The translations under genes and the position numbers were made by a program. The notes beneath the pieces are model-generated. The model made no database searches and was not told the origin of the DNA. It worked only from the letters and a program-made list of their open reading frames with translations. Source: a bacterium UBA2219 (GTDB lineage: Bacteria > Desulfobacterota > Deferrimicrobia > Deferrimicrobiales > Deferrimicrobiaceae). From it: 41,054 nucleotides of DNA. Location of the stretch: positions 24,330-65,383 of the forward strand of contig DCUH01000008.1 in assembly GCA_002327765.1 (NCBI GenBank), read 5' to 3'. Positions 33,854-41,054 of this stretch are shown here, one piece after another; the first letter of the stretch is position 1; each line of letters starts with the position of its first letter.

Positions 33854-35167
33854 TCACCGGAGGACGCTTCGCAGCGTGTCCGCGAACCGGGAGAGGATGT
33901 CCTCGAGCTCGACCGCCGTCGTGCACTGCGGAAGGAACAGGTAGACGACGTTCCCCAGCGGGCGCAGGAACAGCCCCCGGCGCAGCGCCTCCGCGCGGAT
34001 CGCCCGGAAGACCGGGGCGGTTCCGGGCAGCGGCTCCTTCGTCCCCTTGTCCTTCACGAGCTCCAGGGCGGCGACCATGCCGATGTGGCGGACGTCCCCG
34101 ACGAAGGGAAGGTCCGCGAGGGCGCGGGCGGCGTCTCCAAGGCGCGGAGAGACCGCTCTCACGTGCTCCAGAAGCGCGTTCTCCTCGAACAGGTCGAGGG
34201 AGGCCAGCGCCACCGCGCAGCCGACCGGGTTGGCGGTGTAGGTGTGGCCGTGGTAGAAGGTCCTCCCGCTGTCGGGGCTCCCGAGGAACGCCTCGTACAC
34301 CCGTTCTGTGGCGAGCGTCGCGGCGAAGGGCATCGTGCCGGAGGTGAGCCCCTTCGACAGGCACAGGAAATCGGGGGAGGCCCCGGCGCGCTCACAGGCG
34401 AACATCGTCCCCGTGCGGCCGAACCCCGTCGCGACCTCGTCGACGATCAGGTGCGCGTCGAAGGAGCGGGCCAGCCGCGCTGCCTCGGCGAGGTATTCCG
34501 GGGGATAGACGATCATGCCGCCCGCCGCCATGAGCAGCGGCTCGAGGATCACCGCGGCGACCTTCCCCTCCCCCTCCTCCAGCGCCTTCTCCATCTCCCG
34601 GATGCATGCGATGCCGCAGCCGGGGTACTCCTTCCCCGCGGGGCAGCGGTAGCAGTACGGGGCCGGGACGCGCCGGGCGGGGAACAGGATCGGGCGAAAG
34701 GCATTTCGGAACGCCTCCACCCCGCTCACGCTCATGCACCCCGTGGTGTCGCCGTGGTAGCCGAGGTCGAGGCACGCGAACCGCGTCTTCTCCGGCCGCC
34801 CGATGTTGCGCCAGTACTGGAGCGACATCTTCAGCGCCACCTCGACCGCCGTCGAGCCGTTGTCCGAGAAGAAGACCCGGGAAAGCCCCTCCGGGGCGAC
34901 GGAGACGAGCCGCTCGGACAACTGCTCCGCGGGCTCGTGAGTTACGCCGGCGAACAGGACGTGGTCCAGACGCTCCATCTGGCGCGCGGCGGCTTCCCGG
35001 ATCCGCGGGTGGCCGTGGCCGTGGACGACGCACCACCAGCTCGAGATCGCGTCGTAGTACCGGTTCCCGTCCGCGTCGACGAGGAAGAGCCCCTCCGCGC
35101 GCTCGACCCGCAGCGGCGGGTCGGACGCGTGGGAGCTCATCTGGGTGTACGGGTGCCAGCAGCGCAT
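33854..35167 (-). CDS. bioA: adenosylmethionine-8-amino-7-oxononanoate aminotransferase
   Basis: WHPYTQM, DAISSWW, DNGSTAVEVALK, DEVATGFGRTG, SKGLT, HGHTY. Confidence 0.96.
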   Translation of the reverse strand: MRCWHPYTQMSSHASDPPLRVERAEGLFLVDADGNRYYDAISSWWCVVHGHGHPRIREAAARQMERLDHVLFAGVTHEPAEQLSERLVSVAPEGLSRVFFSDNGSTAVEVALKMSLQYWRNIGRPEKTRFACLDLGYHGDTTGCMSVSGVEAFRNAFRPILFPARRVPAPYCYRCPAGKEYPGCGIACIREMEKALEEGEGKVAAVILEPLLMAAGGMIVYPPEYLAEAARLARSFDAHLIVDEVATGFGRTGTMFACERAGASPDFLCLSKGLTSGTMPFAATLATERVYEAFLGSPDSGRTFYHGHTYTANPVGCAVALASLDLFEENALLEHVRAVSPRLGDAARALADLPFVGDVRHIGMVAALELVKDKGTKEPLPGTAPVFRAIRAEALRRGLFLRPLGNVVYLFLPQCTTAVELEDILSRFADTLRSVLR

Positions 35168-35874
35168 CAGCGCGGCTTCCACCGGTCGAGGAACGCCCGC
35201 CCCACCGGGAAGAACGCATCCCCGCCCGCGGCGGGATTCTCCAAAAACGGCACCTCGCCCAGCACCGGCGCCCCCGATATCTCCTCCACTATGCGGATGT
35301 TGTCGGAGAGCAGCTCCTCGGGGGACCAGCGGCTCCCCCCGGGGACCCGGTTGAAGATCAGCCCCGCCAGGGGGACTTCGCGCCGCCGGATCGCCTCCAC
35401 GGTCAGCAACGCATGGTTGACGCATCCGAGACGGTTGCCCACCACCACGAGGACGGACAGTTTCAGGCGCGAGACGAGATCGCAGACCAGGGCCTTCTTC
35501 GTCAGCGGCACCAGGAACCCCCCCACTCCCTCGACGAGGACGATGTCGTGGGACGCCTCGAGCCGCCGGTATGCCGCCTCGATCCGGGACGTGTCGATCT
35601 CGACGCCTTCCCGCTCCGCGGCGAGGTGCGGAGACGAAGGGAAGCAGAGCCGGTACGGGCAGAGATCGTCGAGCTGTTCGGGCGGGACGTCTTCCGGCAG
35701 CCCCATGATCCGGCGGTGCGTCGCCAGGTCGGCGGGCCAACCCGGGGTCCCCGTCTGCACCCATTTCTGGGTGACCGCGTCGATCCCCCTCGCGCGGAGA
35801 AACCCCGCCAGCAGACCGCAGACCACCGTCTTCCCTACGTGCGTGTCGGTTCCCGTGACGAAGAACCCTTTCAT
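35167..35874 (-). CDS. bioD: dethiobiotin synthetase
   Basis: FVTGTDTHVGKT, SPHLAA, VEGVGG, LGCVNH. Confidence 0.96.
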   Translation of the reverse strand: MKGFFVTGTDTHVGKTVVCGLLAGFLRARGIDAVTQKWVQTGTPGWPADLATHRRIMGLPEDVPPEQLDDLCPYRLCFPSSPHLAAEREGVEIDTSRIEAAYRRLEASHDIVLVEGVGGFLVPLTKKALVCDLVSRLKLSVLVVVGNRLGCVNHALLTVEAIRRREVPLAGLIFNRVPGGSRWSPEELLSDNIRIVEEISGAPVLGEVPFLENPAAGGDAFFPVGRAFLDRWKPR

Positions 35875-36665
35875 GGCGGTCCTCCTTTCCGGCCGAAACC
35901 GCGGCACAGGTACACCTGGTACGTCGCGCGGATGCCGCCGAACCGCTCGCGGTACGCCCGCTCGACGCGGGCGAGCCGCCCGGGACTCCAGGACCCCCGC
36001 GGGCCGCTCCCCCCCGTACCAGTGTACCGTATGCTCCGGAGAAGGTCCGCCAGGTCTCGGAACTCCTGCCGATACACGCGCTCCGCGACGTCCATGCGGG
36101 GGAAAACGCCCGATAGCGTGTCCTCGATCTCCCGCCGGGAAAGGAACGCGGCCGCCGCGGGCCGCTCCGCCGCCCCGTCCGGGAGCGAAGCGCGGAGCGC
36201 CTCGTCGAGCTCCGCGAACGTGCCGGGGCCGAAGAACGAGAAGGTCAGAATCCCCCCGTCCGGGAGCAGGGACGCCAGCCGGCGAACGGTGCGGTCGAAC
36301 GCGAGGAACCACTGGAACGTCGCGTTCGACGTGATCAGGTCGTACCGCCCGGCGACGATCTCCTCGGCGTCGGCCTTCGCGAAGCGCGCCCGCGGATCGG
36401 CGACCCGCTCGCGCGCCAGGCGGACCATCGCCCCGGAGATGTCCACCCCGTCGATCGTCGCTCCGGGGAACGCGTCGAGAAGCATCCGCGTGTACAACCC
36501 CGTGCCGCAGCCGGGCTCGAGGATCCGCTCGACCCGCGCGCCCGCCGTCGGGGCCTCCAGGGTGAACGTCAGCAGGTCGGCCGCCGACAGCCTCTGGACG
36601 TGGGCGTGGGCCTCGTAGCGGGAGGCGCCGATCGAGAAGCGGCGCTCGACGGAAGGGTCAGTCAT
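35871..36665 (-). CDS. bioC: malonyl-ACP O-methyltransferase
   Basis: RFS..ASRYEAHAHVQ, ILEPGCGTG, SNATFQW, FGPGTF; position in the bio operon. Confidence 0.9.
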   Translation of the reverse strand: MTDPSVERRFSIGASRYEAHAHVQRLSAADLLTFTLEAPTAGARVERILEPGCGTGLYTRMLLDAFPGATIDGVDISGAMVRLARERVADPRARFAKADAEEIVAGRYDLITSNATFQWFLAFDRTVRRLASLLPDGGILTFSFFGPGTFAELDEALRASLPDGAAERPAAAAFLSRREIEDTLSGVFPRMDVAERVYRQEFRDLADLLRSIRYTGTGGSGPRGSWSPGRLARVERAYRERFGGIRATYQVYLCRGFGRKGGPP

Positions 36666-37356
36666 CGGGGCCGGAGAGCGCGGCCCGGAACCCTTCGTCC
36701 AGGAACGCGGCGTGCGGCGCCTCCGGCAGGAGGAGGAACCTCGCCCGCCCGGCCTCCCGGGCGAGCGCCTCCGCCTCGGGGGCCGGCGCGATGACGTCCC
36801 TGCCGCCGTGGACGATCGTCACGGGGAGTTCCGGAAGGCCGCAGGCGGGAAAATCGTTCGCGGCCAGGAAGGACAGCCCTTCCAGCAGGGCCGCCTCGTC
36901 CATTCCCCGCAGGTACTCCTCCTGCAGCCCGGCGCGGAAGGACCGGTATTCCCGCATGCGGGAGGGGAAGAAGCACTTCGCGTAGAAATCCGAAAGGCAC
37001 GCCCGCCGGTCGCGCAGCAGCGCGGCGCGGACCGCCTCGACGTCGGCGGCCGGGTACCTGCGCCGGACGCCGACGAGGACGAGGCGCCGCACCCGCGACG
37101 GGTGCCGCCTCGCGAACCCGGCCGCGAGGAACCCGCCGAGCGACCAGCCGACGACCGTCACGGGGCCGGCGGCGGCGCCGTCCAGGAAAGCGGCCAGGCG
37201 GTCGTGGAAACCGGCGGGGCGCAGCGGCCCGCGGGACCGCACCACGGCTTCGCCGGGGAAGAGCCCGTCGAACACGCGGCCGTCCGTCGCCCAGCCGGGA
37301 AGGAGGGCCACCGAGGGGCAGCCTCCGCCGGCGACGGAAAACTCCTCATGGGGCAC
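36658..37356 (-). CDS. bioH: alpha/beta hydrolase, pimeloyl-ACP methyl ester esterase (BioH-like)
   Basis: PGWATD, GWSLGG nucleophile elbow, HGGRD, PH; between bioF and bioC. Confidence 0.82.
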   Translation of the reverse strand: MPHEEFSVAGGGCPSVALLPGWATDGRVFDGLFPGEAVVRSRGPLRPAGFHDRLAAFLDGAAAGPVTVVGWSLGGFLAAGFARRHPSRVRRLVLVGVRRRYPAADVEAVRAALLRDRRACLSDFYAKCFFPSRMREYRSFRAGLQEEYLRGMDEAALLEGLSFLAANDFPACGLPELPVTIVHGGRDVIAPAPEAEALAREAGRARFLLLPEAPHAAFLDEGFRAALSGPDD

Positions 37357-38491
37357 CGAGCGCCTCCAGGACGCCTTCCAGCCGGTCGTCCCCGTGCGCC
37401 GACGTCAGCGAGAAGCGCAGGCGCGCCGACCCTTCCGGCACCGTGGGGGGGCGCACGGGCAGGACGAGGAACCCCCGGTCCGCGAGGTAGACCGACAGGG
37501 AGACCGCGCGGCCGCTGTCCCCGACGACCACCGGGACGATCTGGCTTTCGCCGCCCACGACCCAGCCCTTCGCCCGGAGCGCGTCCCGGAAGGCCGCCGC
37601 GCGCCGGAGAAGGTCCGCGCCGTCGGCCTCCCCCGAGAGGCAGAGGCGCAAGCCGGCGAGGTTCGCCGCGATCACCGGCGCGGGCAGCGCCGTCGAGTAG
37701 ATGAAGCTGCGCGCGGAATTCACCAGGAAGTCGATGATCGTCCGCGACGCGGCAAGGTACCCGCCGAACCCCCCCAGCGCCTTGCTGAACGTCCCCATCA
37801 CCAGGTCGACCTGCCCGGCCAGCCCCTCGGCCTCGATCAGCCCCCGCCCCTGCGGGCCGAAGACCCCCGTGGCGTGCGCCTCGTCGACCATGAGGAGGCA
37901 CCGGCAGGCCCGGGAGATCTCGACCAGGGAGGAGAGGGGGGCACGGTCGCCGTCCATGCTGAAGACGCTCTCCGTCATCACGAGGCACCTGCGGAACCGC
38001 CCGCGGTGCTTGCCGAGCAGGTCCGAAAGATGGCCCGGATCGTTGTGGCGGTAGCGCAGCAGCGTGGCGCGCGACATCAGCGCCCCGTCGAGCTGGCTGG
38101 CGTGGCAGAAGCGGTCGGCCAGCACCAGGTCCCCGCGGCCGAAGAGCGCCGGGATGATCCCCAGGTTCGCCTGGTACCCGGAATTGAAGACGAGCGCGCC
38201 CTCCGAGCACTTGAAGGACGCGACCTCCTCCTCCAGCTCGTGGTGGATCGAGAGGTTCCCGCTCATCAGGCGGGACGCGCCCGCGCCCATCCCGAACCGA
38301 TCGAGCGCTCCCTTTGCCGCGGCGACCAGCGCCGGGTGGGACGAAAGCCCCAGGTAGTCGTTCGAGGAGAAATCGACATACTCCCGCCCCCCCCGGACCG
38401 CGACCCCCGGGCGCCGATCCTCGGAAGGAGACAGCCTCCGCAGCAGATTGAGGCGTTCCCGCTCCTCCAGGAACTCCTTCCAGTCTTCCAT
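37346..38491 (-). CDS. bioF: 8-amino-7-oxononanoate synthase
   Basis: FSSNDYLGL, GAGASRL, SGYQAN, HND, ESVFSMDGD, DEAH, TFSKA; true start is the ATG at 38491. Confidence 0.96.
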   Translation of the reverse strand: MEDWKEFLEERERLNLLRRLSPSEDRRPGVAVRGGREYVDFSSNDYLGLSSHPALVAAAKGALDRFGMGAGASRLMSGNLSIHHELEEEVASFKCSEGALVFNSGYQANLGIIPALFGRGDLVLADRFCHASQLDGALMSRATLLRYRHNDPGHLSDLLGKHRGRFRRCLVMTESVFSMDGDRAPLSSLVEISRACRCLLMVDEAHATGVFGPQGRGLIEAEGLAGQVDLVMGTFSKALGGFGGYLAASRTIIDFLVNSARSFIYSTALPAPVIAANLAGLRLCLSGEADGADLLRRAAAFRDALRAKGWVVGGESQIVPVVVGDSGRAVSLSVYLADRGFLVLPVRPPTVPEGSARLRFSLTSAHGDDRLEGVLEALGAP

Positions 38492-39468
38492 CACCCCTCG
38501 CCTTTCGCGGGGGGGAACTTCCCCGAGAACAGGTACCGCTCGAACATCCGCTGGTAGTCGGTCCACCGGGCCCCTTCCGGAAGATCCCCGATCGCGTCGT
38601 TGAAGGCCGTCACCTTCGCGTCCATGTTCTCGATGAAATGGAGCAGGACCGCCTCGAGGATCTTGGGGCGCTTCGGCGACCCGTACTCGAGCTCGCCGTG
38701 GTGGGACAGGATCATGTGCTTGACCAGCATGGTCTTCTCCGGCGGGAAGCCGGGGAGCGACGCGCAGACGCGGTCCACATACTCCGCGCCCATGTAGAGG
38801 TGGCCGAGCAGCCGCCCCTCGTCCGTGTAGTCGAAGGCGCCCTCGTAGGAGAGCTCGTGCACCTTTCCCACGTCGTGCAGCAGCGCCCCCGCCGTCAGCA
38901 GGTCGGCGTCCACCCCCTCGTAATGGGACGAAAGGAAGCGGCAGATCCCGACGACCGACACGGTGTGCTCGAGCAGCCCGCCGATGTAGTCGTGGTGCAT
39001 CGTCTTGCCGCCCGGCGCCTTGCGGAACCGCCGCGCGACGTCGGGCTCCGGCGGCCCGAGGAAGACGGCGGAAAGCAGCCGGTTCAGGTCGGTGTCCGTG
39101 ACCCCCGCGATGAACCCCGTAAGCGTTTTCCAGAGCGGCTCGATCCCCTTCCGCGTGACCGGGAGATACTCCGACAGCTCCTTCTCCCCTTCCGCCCTGC
39201 GCACGTCGTGCACCTTGAGCTGGACGCGCCCCTGGTAGGTGATCGCGCCGCCGCTCGCCTCGACCACGTCGTCCCGCTCGAACCGCCTGGCGATCTCTTC
39301 TGCCCGGTCCCAGACCCTCGCCTCGATGGCGCCCGTCCTGTCGCGCAGCTGGAGGCTCAAGTACGGCTTCCCGGCGTTGCTCGTCAACAGCGCCTTCCCC
39401 GACACGAGAAAAAGGTCCCGTACCTGTTCCCCTTCCTTTATGTCCTTGACGTAACGGCTCTTCGGCAT
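38491..39468 (-). CDS. yhaM: 3'-5' exoribonuclease YhaM family (OB fold plus HD domain)
   Basis: GKPYLSLQLRDRTG, MHHDYIGGLLEH, LLHDVGK, ILSHHGELEYGSP. Confidence 0.92.
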   Translation of the reverse strand: MPKSRYVKDIKEGEQVRDLFLVSGKALLTSNAGKPYLSLQLRDRTGAIEARVWDRAEEIARRFERDDVVEASGGAITYQGRVQLKVHDVRRAEGEKELSEYLPVTRKGIEPLWKTLTGFIAGVTDTDLNRLLSAVFLGPPEPDVARRFRKAPGGKTMHHDYIGGLLEHTVSVVGICRFLSSHYEGVDADLLTAGALLHDVGKVHELSYEGAFDYTDEGRLLGHLYMGAEYVDRVCASLPGFPPEKTMLVKHMILSHHGELEYGSPKRPKILEAVLLHFIENMDAKVTAFNDAIGDLPEGARWTDYQRMFERYLFSGKFPPAKGEG

Positions 39469-39488
39469 GCCTTCGGTTCCCCGGCTTT

Positions 39489-41054
39489 CTATTCGGAATG
39501 GATTTGCAGAATACGGAGGGCGGCCCGGATCCCGTCCACGGCGGAGGAGACGATCCCTCCCGCATGGCCCGCCCCTTCCCCGACAGGATACAACCCTTTG
39601 CGGGAGATCGACTCATAATTCGCCCGCTCGATGCGCACAGGCGAGGAGGTCCTGGATTCCACTGCGTAAAGCGTCGCCTCGCGCGTGAGGAAGCCGCGCA
39701 TCGCCTCCCCGAGCCGCATCAGCCCGAGCCGCAGGTCCTCCTCCAGCCGGGAGGGGAGGATGCCTCTGAGCGAGTCCCGGGCCGTCCCGTTGGCCAGCGC
39801 GCGCGCCGGGGAGGGGGGAAGATCCCTGCCCTGCACGAACGAAAGGAGGTTCGCCGCCGGGAGGCAATAGCTCCCCCCGCCCCGCTCGAACGCCCGCCGC
39901 TCGATCTCCTCCTGGAAGGCGAGCCCCGCGAGGGGGTCCCCCGCCGGGGCGCCCCCGAAGGAACCGAACTCCTCCGGAGGCACCGCCGCGACGATCCCGC
40001 TGTTGGCGAAGCCGGAATCCCGGGCGCGGCCGCTCATGCCGTTCACCACCGCCTGCCCTTCCCCGGACGCCGCGTTCATCACGAAGCCGCCCGGGCACAT
40101 GCAGAAGGACCACACCCCCCGCCCTCCCGGCGCCCGCGCCGCGAGCCGGTAGTCCGCCGGCGGCAGCCCGCGCCCGGCGGCCCGCCCGTACTGGATCCGG
40201 TCGATCAACCCCTGCGGGTGCTCCACCCGGAAGCCCGCGGCGAACGCCTTCGGCGCCATGAGGACGCCCTGCCCGCTCAGCCGCCGGACCGTGTCCCGCG
40301 CGGAGTGGCCGGTCGCCAGGACCACGACGGGGGAAAGGATCTCCTCCCCCCCCGCCAGCCGCACCCCGCGCACCGCGCCGCCGTCGGCCAGGAGCCCGTC
40401 GACGCGGGCGCCGAAGCGCAGGGTCGCGCCGTTCGACCGCAGCTCCTCCCGCATCCGGCGGCAGAACCTGAGGAGGCGGTCGGTCCCGACGTGGGGCTTC
40501 GCGTCCAGAGCCAGGTCGGGGATGCCCGCCAGGCGGGCGAAAACGGCCACGACGTGCTCCGCGAGGGGGTCTCCGATCCGCGTCGTGAGCTTCCCGTCGG
40601 AAAAGGTCCCCGCTCCCCCCTCGCCGAACTGGACGTTGCTCTCCGGGTCGAGCGCCCCTTCCTCCCAGAACCGCTCCACGTCGCCCTTGCGCTCCTCCAC
40701 CGGCCGGCCGCGCTCCAGCACCACGGGGGGCATCCCGAACCGCGCCAGCGTCAGGGCGGCGAACAGCCCCGCCGGGCCCATGCCCACGACGACGGGAGGG
40801 GCGCAAGGGGGCCGGCGGACCGGGGACGCAGGGAACGGGTCGGTGGGTGGCTCGTGGACCCGGGCGTTAGGGGCGCGGCGGCAGGCCGCCTCTTCCTCCG
40901 GCGTGGACCGCAGTGCGAGCTCCACCGTGTACACCCTGCGCGGCCCGCCCTTCCCGCGCGCGTCGATCCCGCGCCGGACGACGGAAAAGCGCACCATCTC
41001 CCCGGCCTGAACGCCTATAATCTTCCTTATGCGATCGAACAGGGCGCTTTCCGG
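39489..41054 (-). CDS. uncharacterised NAD(P)/FAD-dependent oxidoreductase, 5'-truncated by the window edge
   Basis: VVGMGPAG, FGEGGAGTFSDGKL, FCMCPGG, ESRTSSP, GEGAGHAGGIVSSAVDG; the frame is open to position 41054. Confidence 0.9.
   Translation of the reverse strand, partial: PESALFDRIRKIIGVQAGEMVRFSVVRRGIDARGKGGPRRVYTVELALRSTPEEEAACRRAPNARVHEPPTDPFPASPVRRPPCAPPVVVGMGPAGLFAALTLARFGMPPVVLERGRPVEERKGDVERFWEEGALDPESNVQFGEGGAGTFSDGKLTTRIGDPLAEHVVAVFARLAGIPDLALDAKPHVGTDRLLRFCRRMREELRSNGATLRFGARVDGLLADGGAVRGVRLAGGEEILSPVVVLATGHSARDTVRRLSGQGVLMAPKAFAAGFRVEHPQGLIDRIQYGRAAGRGLPPADYRLAARAPGGRGVWSFCMCPGGFVMNAASGEGQAVVNGMSGRARDSGFANSGIVAAVPPEEFGSFGGAPAGDPLAGLAFQEEIERRAFERGGGSYCLPAANLLSFVQGRDLPPSPARALANGTARDSLRGILPSRLEEDLRLGLMRLGEAMRGFLTREATLYAVESRTSSPVRIERANYESISRKGLYPVGEGAGHAGGIVSSAVDGIRAALRILQIHSE

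Noticed and set aside
37346-39616. 756-aa BioF with a long N-terminal extension
   Set aside because: The extension is an alternate frame of yhaM; BioF homology starts at the ATG at 38491.

Overview
GC-rich bacterial chromosomal segment. Gene content and order look deltaproteobacterial (Desulfobacterota-like); this is an inference. Left to right: (1) a minus-strand flagellar cluster (flgBC-fliEFGHIJ-motE-like) preceded by a sigma54 activator and a TPR-histidine kinase-sigma54 activator operon, with three sigma54 promoters; (2) a eukaryote-type citrate synthase divergent from metH, a YitJ-like HMT/MTHFR fusion and an orphan gcvH; (3) a membrane-anchored heptaheme cytochrome c plus diheme cytochrome b pair (CbcBA-like) divergent from an NrdR-boxed class II ribonucleotide reductase; (4) tmk-holB-PSP1/ricT-metG-tatD/radical SAM fusion; (5) a repeat-rich island with a split ArgZ/AgrE-like pair (TIGR00300-type ornithine cyclodeaminase plus arginine dihydrolase-like enzyme) and a CobB sirtuin; (6) FAD oxidoreductase-yhaM-bioF-bioH-bioC-bioD-bioA. 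The least explained signals are non-coding. One is a GGGGGACA...TGTCCCCC hairpin family with compensatory stem changes. The other is a modular long-inverted-repeat family with interchangeable cores. No CRISPR array, rRNA, tRNA or transposase was seen.
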